Assembly (NCBI GenBank): GCA_037447605.1
Contig: CM074819.1
Coordinates: 2,159,580-2,223,579 of the forward strand
DNA: 64,000 nucleotides
From: Zygnema circumcarinatum SAG 698-1b
Taxonomy: Eukaryota > Plantae > Zygnematophyceae
Direction of reading: 5' to 3'
Part shown: positions 1 to 9,923 of the stretch, piece after piece
How positions within the stretch are numbered: the first letter of the stretch is position 1
How the letters are laid out: each line of letters starts with the position of its first letter
Position numbers and translations under genes: made by a program
Notes under the pieces: generated by a model
What the model was told of the DNA's origin: nothing
Databases searched by the model: none
The model's input: the letters and a program-made list of their open reading frames with translations, nothing else

Positions 1-525
1 CATTTAATGAATCATGCTTTTTTTAAAGCACTTTTATTCTTAAGTGCAGGTGCCGTAATTCATGCTATGTCAGACGAGCAGGATATGCGTAAAATGGGAG
101 GACTTGCTAGTGTATTACCCTTTACATATGCTATGATGCTTATTGGTAGTTTGTCTTTGATAGGATTTCCTTTTTTGACTGGATTTTACTCGAAGGATGT
201 GATATTGGAACTAGCTTATGCTAAATATACCATCAGCGGAAACTTTGCTTTTTGGTTGGGAAGTATCTCGGTTTTGTTTACATCGTACTATTCATTTCGT
301 TTATTGTTTGCCACTTTTTTGGGGCCAATAAATGCATTTAAACGCGATGTTGCTGCATGTCATGATGCTCCTCTTCTAATAGCTATTCCTTTAATAATGT
401 TAGCTTTTGGTAGTATTTTCGTAGGTTATTTAGCTAAAGATATGATGATAGGGTTAGGTAGCACTTTTTGGGCTAACTCTTTATTTATATTACCACAAAA
501 TGAGCTTCTTTGCGAGTCAGAATTT
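1..525 (+). pseudogene. nad5: Mitochondrial NADH dehydrogenase subunit 5 fragment, probably a nuclear insertion (NUMT)
   Basis: Frame 1 reads [35 protein letters not shown]...[13 protein letters not shown]...[12 protein letters not shown]...ESEF, matching the plant/algal mitochondrial Nad5 core. It is AT-rich and breaks off at TAA (526-528), well before the normal C-terminus. Nuclear-type CT repeats follow from about 688. Confidence 0.9.
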
Positions 526-687
526 TAAGGCGTTGGCGGTGTAGAGCTTCTTTCCTCAGCGCGCCCTGCGAGCTTTGTTCGCTTGTTTCACGGTGAAAGC
601 ATTTTAGCACCTTAGGCGTTTTCTTTCGTACACGGATTTAGGCACAAATTATAACAGAACATGATTTTTGGAAAAAGCTGCTTACTT

Positions 688-1188
688 ACTCACTCCCTCA
701 CTCTCCCACTCTTCCACTCTCTCTCTCTCTCTCCCACTCACTTTCTCTCTCTGCCTTGTTCTCTTCTCTATTCTCTCGCTCTTTCCCTCACCCTCCTTTT
801 CTCTCCTTGTTCTATTCTGTCTTCTTGACGACCTCTTGAGCTCCCATCTCTCTCCCCCCCCCCCCCACTCTCTCTCTCTCCTTCACTCTCTTTCTCCCCC
901 ATCTCGTCTCCCAGTTCTCCTCTCTCACTTTAAATCTTCCTCAACCTGCGTCCTCTCCCTCTATTCTCTCTTCTCTCCTTTTCACTCTTGCCCTCAACCC
1001 CTCTCCCTCCCCCCTCTCCCTCTCTCACTCTCTCTCTCTCTCTCTCTCCCTCTCTGTGCCAAACTGACACATCATTGTTTGCTTTTCCTCCTTTACTACC
1101 TCCCTTTTTACTTTCAGTATTTTCCTTTCTCACTCCCTCACTCTCCCACTCTCCCCCTCCCCCCTGCACGCTCTCTTTATCGTATGTC

Positions 1189-1227
<39 letters not shown>

Positions 1228-1250
1228 TCTCTCCCCCTCTTTCTCTCTCT
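688..1250. repeat. CT-rich low-complexity / (CT)n microsatellite block
   Basis: Almost pure C/T sequence with (CT)n runs. It produces spurious Leu/Ser/Pro ORFs. Confidence 0.9.
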
Positions 1251-2252
1251 GAATTTTAGTACTTACTGACCTCTTTTTTAGCACTACTAAAAACTCGACA
1301 CGCCTTAATGCCATCATCAAAGAGGGAGAAAGTGGCATTGGACTCACGATGGCGATGATGCCATCAAATGTCCATGGACGAAATTGGCATAATGGGAAAC
1401 CACGAGGAACTGGGCGCAAAGGACCTGAAAGGCGTTCAGTGCCGAACAGCTTTTCAAAACTTGAGGGGAAGTTACTCACAAAGAAAACCGTAGTTCTGCC
1501 ACTGGTTAGAAAGGGTGGGGACTTGACGACCAGCATCAACCATTTCCACATTGTAAAGGTCAGCGGCGTAGAATGGATGCACGCTATTTAGTAGGGGGAG
1601 TTAGACTTAGCCCGGAGCGTACTAAATTCCCGAATTTAGTATACTAAAAGTCAAAAGTTTCGTGTCGCCGTATCCAGCCGTACCGAGATGCAGACCTAGC
1701 CGATGCTTAATTCGCCCTACACGCTTACTAAATTGATTTGGCCATGCATTAAAACTGACTTTTCCTGGTGTGAACAAGTTGAAGATTGCATCACGGCTCT
1801 TTTCGTTTATTCTTTCAAAAAAAAATAAGGATCATCATTTTCAACCCTCCCTTTCCTCCCTCCCCCCCCTCGTCTCCCTCCAGCTTAGCTGCTGTTTCCC
1901 GTGAAGAGGATTTTAGAAAACGTCATCATTGAACACAAACCCACCATGCTAATACATAATTTAGAATGACACACGAGCGGTTCAAATTCTCCGCCTGAGT
2001 TCACCTCTCAAACTTCAACGTTTACTGTTCGGCGGGCCACCATCATGAAAACTTATTACAATAATATAGCACTGTTGTGGTCATATGCTTTAGAGACCCA
2101 AAGTTCAAAAAAGATGCGCAAATTCCTCCTCATAATGGCCCAAAATGTGCTCCGAAGACAACCAACCAACTAACAAGCCAACCAACCAACCAAACGAACG
2201 GGCCAACCAACCAATCTGAGCCATCCATCCATCCATGGGTCCATTGGTTGGT

Positions 2253-2561
2253 CTAAGGATCTCTCGCAGGCGGAGGGTTCGGGCGGCGCGGAGGCGGCCG
2301 TACAGGGGGAGGGCGGCGAGGCGGAGGCCGCTTGGAAGGAGGGGGGCGGCGGGGAGNNNNNNNNNNGGAAGGGAGGGAAGGAGGGAGGAAGGGAGGGAGG
2401 GAGGGAGGGCGGCGGGGAGGAGGGCGCCGAGAAGGAGGGGGGCGGCGGGGAGGAGGGCGGCGGGTAGGGGGAGGCGGAGCCGCTGCACGACCGCAAAGTA
2501 GAGTATCAGAGCACTACTACAGAATGAGTTGGCAATGGCACAGTTCTAGAGGACGAGCAAG

Positions 2562-2610
<49 letters not shown>

Positions 2611-5600
2611 TGTACTATCGCTACATCGAAATCAAACAAGAAATGATTGAAATTGAGATTTTTCGAAAAATGATATGCTGGTGTGTTCGAAGAAAGCTGT
2701 GCACCAGGTTGAAGAGCATCATTTCTAAGTCTGCATTGTGATTACATTTCAAGGCTGTCGGACAGACTTAGGAATTTTCAAACATTCAAGCAGAGCACGT
2801 TTCAAGTCTGTCTGCCATTACGCTTACCCCATGAACTTGAGATCCCAGTCACACGTGTGAGTTTCTTGATAGAGTAACTTACCGGGCCACGAGCTCGCAA
2901 AGTTCCACGTCTCAATCAATTGCAAATTGTAGCAGGACCCTGTAGCGGCAGTGAAGCCAATGAATGCCGAGTCGACGTTCGCACACGTACTGCAATTGGA
3001 CGGTTGAAGAATTGAGCACAATGACTTGGTGTAGGTCAAGCGAGGAGCCGTATAATCATTCACATAGATAGACCAAAGGCTCGTTTGGCTGTTGTATTTC
3101 ACCCAAGCGTATTTTACATCGTATGAGTAAAAGGCACCGTCGTATTCGTAGAAGGTGTTACGACTGGACACCACTGAAGTCAGGCGAGATGTAATGGTCG
3201 TGGCGTTGAAGTCCATGAGTATGCCAACATGTTCCCCCGGAGGATCATTTAACTCTTCATTTGGGTATGTGTCAAATTCTATGGCAATTGAGCCCACTTT
3301 CGGGGAAGCTGTGTAGGTAAACGCAAGGGTGTCACCACTGCCTGTTCCAAAGCTCGCCAGATCCGCATTGGAGGGAACGATGACGAATGTGAAGCCGGAA
3401 CCATTACATTTACTATGCCCAGGATTCTCTCCGATCAGGAACGAAAAGTTAGTCTCAAAAGAGGCTGCTTGGCAACCCCCACCCGCTTTTCGCGTCAACG
3501 TGACAGGAGACCGATAAAGTGCAACCCCCGCTTCCTCTTCTTGAGCATCCGTAAGTACCAAATTTGCATCATAATCAATTGTTGCACTGCCTTGCAAAAT
3601 GAGTGGAGTGCTACTTGAGGAGGAGAAGGCTGCCGGGGTGGTGAGAGCTGCATCACAAAGTGGCGGAATATCAAGAGTTGCGAATGTGGAATATTCAAAG
3701 CGTGTAAATAACGCAAGCATGACCAGCTTGAAACATATAGACACGTTCACAGGCATGGTCAGCACTTATGATAGAAATTTAGGCATCCCATCTGAGTTTC
3801 ATCATGAAGTGGCACGTAATTGGTGAAGGAACATGTGTGACGTCAAACTTGCTTAATCCACAAACTCTAAAAGCATGACATGACGACTGAGGAGAGAACA
3901 GTTCCCTTACGGGGAGGAGCTGGAGGGGACGGGGGCACCTTGTATGCTGCAAACGACAAAACCTGGCAACAGTTTAAATGAGAGGATTACATTTACAAAG
4001 ATGAGATGTTCCTCGTAAAGTGATCATAACAATTTTCAGTGCTGGCACGAGTAAAAGACAAACAGCAACCCATTCGACCGTAAATCACGGTGCTTTGAAG
4101 AGTACTTTCGAGCATCGCTATCCATCTATGGGCAAACATACGACTGCAAGCAGCAAATGGACTCTGATAAAGAGACCGAGTGGAGATGGGGGAGTTGGCA
4201 ACGCACCCGTCCAGTTGCTCTCAAAGCTCCACGACAAAATCTGATGAGCATCATAGCAATATGACGTTGCAGCGGTGAATCCAACGAAAGCCGACGTTAC
4301 GTTGACACAGTCCGAACAGTTGGGTGGCCGAAGGATGCTGCAAAGGGACTTGTTGTAACGGAGAACATGATACGCAGGTTTGCTGTCTTCATTGCTCAAG
4401 AACACTGACCACTGGCTGGTATCACCGTTGTATTCCACCCATGCATACTTCGTCGATGACAAGTCGAAAAGAAGGGGCGTAAATTCAGATAAGATAGTCG
4501 TGAAATCCAGGTTTTCAAGTATTCGAACCTGTCTTGGATCAGGCCAACTGTGGGGTGTTATGGTCGTGGGAAATGCGACTGCTATGGAACCAACCTTGCC
4601 ATATCCTCCGTACGAGTACCCGAGGCTCCCGGCCATGTTTACTGACCCAATCTTGCTCAAGTCCGCATTGGAAGCAACAATAGTAAAAGTAAGGCCCTCT
4701 CCGTCACAGAAAGTATAGTTGTTGGAAATGAGAAACGAAAACCTCGCCTTAAAAGAAGCTGCTTGGCAACCTCCAGTTGCCTTTCGGAGCAAGGTCACCT
4801 GAGCTGGATGGAATGCATTGCCATTTTTCTCCGAGTGAATCCCCGTAAGCTGCAGCCTGCTGCCAACGATTGATGCGTTGCCTTGCATGATGGGAGGTTG
4901 GCTGGTGTTGAACCCAACATAGGTGAAGGCTGTCGGAGGAGTGAGTAATGCATCACCAAATAATCCAGAAGATCGGAAATAAGTGGACGAGCAATGCATC
5001 TGTTTCGTAGCTGGAAGAAGGGAGAGTACTGAATGGAACTAATCCACTTGGGAAGAGCTTTCTGTGAGACATTCCAGCTTGGAATCATTCACAAAAATCC
5101 GAATGACGATTGGTTAAGCAGTCGGAAAGGAAACGGTCGAGGAGAAAAAAAAAGCACAGCAGTGTTGTTTTAGAAGCACAGTTCTGTAGTGGTTTCAGAT
5201 GGAGACAAGAGAGTGGGAGGGAAAGGCGGGAGAGGGAGGGAGAGGGAAGTACAAAGTACATTGATCCAGGAGACTATCGCTCACACTGTATTTACTATGT
5301 TAGAAGGACTGACAACACCAAATCTACGGCACTCCGAACTCCCATTGCACACTACTTCCAGCCTTGCGACCTCCCTTGCCTCCATCACTTCACTACAAAC
5401 TCAGCAGAAGCAGCAGCCACACATCAATCTCTACCACATTTGCCAGCCCAAAACTGTGACCTTGACCTTCCTTCTTTTGCATTCGCAGTCGTTGCAGCTA
5501 GGCAATAAGGCGACGGCCATGCACTGCGGCACGTACGAGAGAGGGTGGGCAAGGTCCGTACGTGGAGAGAGAGCAGCCGCGCCCACAAGCGCAGCGCAGA

Positions 5601-5631
5601 GGAGGAGCGCGCTCGCGAGAGCCGTGGCCAT
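2253..5631 (-). CDS. Predicted 4-exon secreted protein: signal peptide + two tandem L-type (legume) lectin domains + Arg/Pro-rich tail
   Basis: Exons 5631-5562 (MATALASALLLCAALVGAAALSP), 5010-4207 (lectin A), 3647-2883 (lectin B) and 2482-2253 (RRPPP repeats, TAG at 2255-2253). All three introns are GT-AG and phase 1, and the internal exon lengths (804, 765) keep frame. A 10-N gap at 2357-2366 lies in the last exon. Confidence 0.7.
2883..3647 (-). CDS. L-type lectin domain B (exon)
   Basis: Motifs LQGSA, SFETNFSFLI, GSGFTFVIVP, IAIEFDTYPN..NDPPGEHVGI, YAWVKYN and AFIGFTAATG..IETWNF are the legume lectin fold signature. Confidence 0.92.
4207..5010 (-). CDS. L-type lectin domain A (exon), metal-ligand motif degenerate
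   Basis: Motifs MQGNA, SFKARFSFLI, GEGLTFTIV, YAWVEYNG and AFVGFTAAT..ILSWSF. Clearly paralogous to domain B. Confidence 0.88.
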
Positions 5632-5703
5632 GGCTGCCGCCCCTTCGCCCGCCTTCCTTCCTTCCTTCCCTCCCACCCTGCCGTCACGGGGTTTTTAGGG
5701 TTT

Positions 5704-6143
5704 TGTAGCGTAACGCTACAGCGTGACCCTGGAGGCGTACTGATAGTGATACTATGCCTATCCCTTCATCTCAGCGCCTAGCGGATAGGTTAGGACGTTG
5801 CCAAGACCGCGGGGGTCTTGGGCTCGATCCTTGTGGCGTGCAAAGGATCTCTTTTGGATCGTACTGGTCGTCCGTACAGGTGTACGGACGCACCGACATA
5901 CGGATCCCGCGGCCAGAGATTNNNNNNNNNNCCGCCACGCGGCGGGCTCTGATTGGGCAGTCCCGCTCCCGGTCCTCCATGCTGGTAGGGGGTTCGAAGG
6001 GGGGAGCTTAAGGGGGCTGCGCCCGGATGGGGGACCATCCGAGCTCTTTGTACCAGCATTGAGCTCACGCTCCTCTCTCTCTCTCTCTTCCTCTCTTGAC
6101 ACTTAGACTCTCAGAGCAGCCTGCCAGGGGGCAGGTTGTTACA
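5704..6143 (+). repeat. Putative 5' LTR
   Basis: Starts TGTA (5704) and ends TACA (6143) immediately before the PBS. The 5' boundary is inferred only from TG..CA termini because the second LTR is not visible. Contains a 10-N gap. Confidence 0.55.
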
Positions 6144-6144
6144 T

Positions 6145-6156
6145 TGGTATCAGAGC
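6145..6156 (+). other. Primer binding site complementary to initiator tRNA-Met
   Basis: TGGTATCAGAGC, 1 nt after the LTR-terminal CA. Confidence 0.88.
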
Positions 6157-8953
6157 CGAGTTTAGAGCCTCGGGAATTTCTTTGGGAGGAGAGACCCGCC
6201 GCGCCAGCTGTGGTCATACCCGGCAGCGGCGGCGGGGCGTGGCGCCACTCACCTACGCTACCCAGGCCGGGAGGAAGGCGTGAACTGTAAGCGCGGAGCA
6301 GGAAGCAGGCCGGCGGCCCATGGACCACGAGCGCATTTTAGAGCCCACCTCGGCTGCCCTTCTTCTTCCCGCGAGGGCGAACTCAGCGACCAGCAACACC
6401 CGGAAGAGCGCCGATGCGCCCGCGAGGCGGCAGCGCCTCCACCTGGCGCCCCGACAGAAGGCCGAGCTGCCCTTACGTGGCGGCAGGCTACCCGGTAGTA
6501 TGAAATTGCCATCCCGTAGATGGGGATGAAGTCCCTCCACGCCCGGCCGGAGGCAGTATGAATAAAAGCTTTTCATGGCCCAGAGGAAGCTGGCTTTCAG
6601 GATGGCGGCAGAAGCCAGGGCCGCTGCGTTCCAGCAGGCGTGGAAGCCTCCTCAGCGAGATCTTTAGTAGGGCGGCAGGTAGCGAGGACCCCTCCCCCTC
6701 CCGTACTGGTAAGCCCACAACCCCTCCTCTGTAGCATTTGCTGATCTGATAGAAGCACTCTAGGGGAAATAAGGAGCTGCAGCGCCGTAGGTGTGCAAGG
6801 ACCCTACCGCCGTCCGGTACCTCTACAGCGTGGGCGTGGAATCCACCGAAGCGGCTCCGGCGAGGCTGGGAGCTCCCGCCCAGCGCTGGCCCCACTTCTC
6901 CTTGGCGGGAGCAGCAGCGGCCGTTCCTTTGAAGGAGGTGGCGGACGCCCAGGCGGCGAAATCCACCGGCTGAATGCTTGTTAGCGGGCAGGCGGCCCCA
7001 TTGAGAGTCGCCCGGTAACTGCGAGACCCTCCCGAGAAATGAGAATTACTCCGATCTCTTATGGGGGGATGCGGCGCATACCGACTGCCCAGTGATCATT
7101 GATTTAGAGGCAGTCGCGTGGGTACCTGTGTGTGCTGCAATGCACTCCGATCAATGGGTGAACTGCTTCACCGCTTTGAGGCGTGGCATGGGCGTCTATG
7201 CGGCCGCAAAAGTTGATGTCGGCAAGACTTTGAAGAAGTTGAGGTCAGAATTTCTCAAACGCGCTGGCATCCACGGATCGGTGCTGTTGCGCGCGGGACG
7301 GGTTCGATGGCTCATCGCAGGACATTCCTCTCGGGAATTGCGTGCGGCGACTTCAATTACCAAGTTCCCACCTGGACCCGAAGAATTCTTCTTCCGGTTC
7401 AGCCATGGATTGAAGCCGTACGTTCGGAAACAGCTTCGGCTGAATCCTCGTACCTTGGAACCTTGGGGACCTATGGATGATGAGGCGATGTTTGCGGTAC
7501 TTGATCCAATGGCCCGGCGTTAGCGCTGCAATTAGTGCGGGGCCTTCCGTCAGCGTGCGGACTTACGGTGAAACGGCCCGCTGTATGGCTGGTGCGCCGA
7601 GGCGTACGACCCTAAAGGGAAATAGCAGAAATTTCCTTCTCTCACAGCCAGCGGCACCACTTTGACCCCGCAGCCGCCAAAACTTGCTCCACGGGGAGAT
7701 GGGAAACTTCTTGTGGCGAGGAAAACAAGTGTTTAGTTGCGGGGAAAGTGGGGGCATGGAGTCTTATATTTGCCCGTCTTTTCGAAGGATAGGAGGGGAA
7801 AGGGCGTGAGGAAGCGGCTCCCCACCCGGCTGACTTAGGGTCTCTGGCTGGTGGGCCGGCCGATGGGGGCGGTGGCGGTGGGCTGCCCGTCAGCAGTGTG
7901 GGAATGTTGTATTCCAAGGCCGGATGGCGTTCTTAAGTGATTGGGGAGTTTTGAATCATTGTTTGTGTCGCGTCCATTCCTGTGGCGATTATTCATTGCC
8001 GCTGTATGCTTGTGGCTCCAACGGCATTTCGAATCTTTGTCTTGATGAAAAGAATAGCATGTCGTTATCTTGAATACTGTAGGCTGATGATGCCTTAGTG
8101 CCTTTGTGCATTGATGCCGCTAGCTTCTTTAGCGGTCCGAAAGACCGTATGCTGATCTGCAGTCACTAACTCCCCACCAACGCGTGGCGGTGAAGGCTTA
8201 TCCCGCGAGGCCGAGTGGAAAGTGGTAAAGCTTTGGAAGAAGGGCTTCTCCCTTCTTAGGTGGGTGATTGGAGCTCCCACCAGTGCGCTGGTGAAGTCCC
8301 CTCATTCCCTTGTGTGGAGAATTTGCGTCCTCCGCGCACCAAATGTGCTACGATTATTTTTCCGCGTGGCCCATGCGTCGCGATGACCTTCCAAGGTTGA
8401 CCGGCGGGCACTTTCCGGCGTTAAGCCTGGCTGGACAGCTGGTCTTGGGGCGCTAATTTTGTTAGCCTTGACCTTTGTCGAGCTGTAGGGTTTGCAGTCC
8501 GACCTCGTCAGATAGTGTAACTTTGGGGATGGGCCTTAGCGGCCAGATTTCTGGTAGCGTCAGCGTGAAATTGAAGATTCAGTCTTACTCCGGGGTGGTC
8601 AACTGCTTGTTGACGTTATTAGCCCCAGGAACAGACTTGATCTTGGGAAGCAAATGGCTGACGCTTATGGGCGCTCAGTTAGATTTTGTTGTCCCTAATT
8701 GCGTCCTCCGCAGTGAAGGAAGACGCATGACTCTGCAACCAGGCACTCCTTCGGGACCAGCCTCGTCGCGGTCATCTTTGTCGTTTTGTGCTGCGCCATG
8801 TCTGATTGGGCAAAGCATTAAAGCAGTAGCATCTTGTTTATGAATTGCAAATCATGGCTGACAGCAGAAGCGGCTCATGGCAGGGGACGGGGAGTGTAAG
8901 CTTAACCAACTGCGGGTGAAAGCAATGCCAAGCCCCATCCCCAGCGTATTGTT

Positions 8954-9823
8954 TTGACCCTTGTTGAAGCGTTTGAGGATGTATTCCCAGACGATCTGCC
9001 AAGGGGTCTGCCTCCAGCCAGAGGGGTGGGGCATACCATACCCCTTGAGCCAGAACAGAAACCTCCTTGGAGGCCTATCTATAGGCTTAGTCCGAAGGAG
9101 ACTGAGGAGATGCGAAAGCAACTCGCTAACCTGCGTGAGAAGGGCTGGATTGAGCCCAGCCAGAGTCCCTTTGGGGCTCCCATCCTCTTCGTTGGTAAGA
9201 AGGATGGGTCTTTGCGAATGTGCATCGATTATCGAGCACTCAATAAGATCACGGTAAAGAACAGGTTTGCTTTACCGCGCATAGATGATCTTCTGGACCG
9301 TCTGCAAGGGGCGAAGGTGTTCACCTCGCTCGACCTTGCGCAGGGGTACCATCAGATCCGTGTCACGGATGCTGATGTTCCTAAGACGGCATTTCGGACG
9401 CCGATTGGTCACTTCCAGTACAAGGTGCTACCTTTTGGACTGACCAACGCTCCGGCTACATTCCAAGCTGTGATGAACGAAATGTTCGTCGGCATGGATG
9501 AGTTTGTCCTTGTCTACCTGGATGATATCCTGGTATTCAGCAAGACGGACGCTGAACATCTTGTGCATGTACGCAAAGTGTTCGAGGTGTTGCGAAAACA
9601 CACGTTTTATGCCAAGCGAAAGAAGTGTAACCGTACAACGAGAGTTGTTGTATCTTGGGCATATCTTGAACGATCAGGGACTGAAACCTGATCCAGCCAA
9701 GGTGTCTGCTGTAAAGACATGGGCTGTACCGGCTGATCTTCATCAGTTGCGGTCTTTTCTTGGATTTGCGAATTATTTTTATTAAGTTTATCCAAGGCTT
9801 TAGTAAGTTAGTAACACCTCTTA
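8954..9823 (+). pseudogene. Reverse transcriptase of the gypsy element (frameshifted)
   Basis: YLDD catalytic motif present. A frameshift near 9625-9640 separates AKRKKC from ELLYLGHIL, and a further disruption precedes FIQGFSKLVTPL. Confidence 0.9.
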
Positions 9824-9923
9824 NNNNNNNNNNNNNNNNNNNNNNNNNNNNNNNNNNNNNNNNNNNNNNNNNNNNNNNNNNNNNNNNNNNNNNNNNNNNN
9901 NNNNNNNNNNNNNNNNNNNNNNN
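9824..9923. other. 100-N scaffold gap
   Basis: N run. The left side is retroelement pol and the right side is a JMJ20 exon, so sequence of unknown length is missing. Confidence 0.98.

Larger units (their letters stand above)
5704..9823 (+). mobile_element. Decayed Ty3/gypsy (chromovirus-like) LTR retrotransposon, 3' part lost in an assembly gap
   Basis: LTR end ...GTTACA followed by a tRNA-iMet PBS. Gag-like FFFRFSHGLKPYVRKQL (7092-7523) and a frameshifted CCHC knuckle (about 7730-7775). RT reads FEDVFPDDLPRGLPP...SPFGAPILFVGKKDGSLRMCIDYRALNK...VYLDDILVFS...LYLGH...LRSFLGFANY. Stops and frameshifts occur throughout. Confidence 0.92.

Noticed and set aside
668-1269. Long Leu/Ser/Pro or Arg/Glu ORFs here and at 12225-13546, 24423-24838, 25258-25893, 26854-27467 and 34074-34910
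   Set aside because: They are translations of CT/GA microsatellites with no codon or domain structure. Real exons inside them are accounted for in the gene models.
1349-1428. Box C/D snoRNA reading (ATGATG...CTGA) of the dispersed element
   Set aside because: Box C is imperfect, and the second copy lacks both boxes (CTAA instead of CTGA).
1620-1641. Perfect hairpin TACTAAATTC-CC-GAATTTAGTA, and CGCGGGGCAG-TCG-CTGCCCCGCG at 28868-28890, as Helitron 3' ends or terminators
   Set aside because: No convincing CTAG terminus or matching 5' end. Isolated 10-bp stems are not enough, and intrinsic terminators are not expected in nuclear DNA.
2824-4999. Two independent single-exon lectin genes, as implied by the ORF track
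   Set aside because: The ORF ends run into intron sequence past identical phase-1 donors, and neither has a convincing own signal peptide. A spliced four-exon model fits better.
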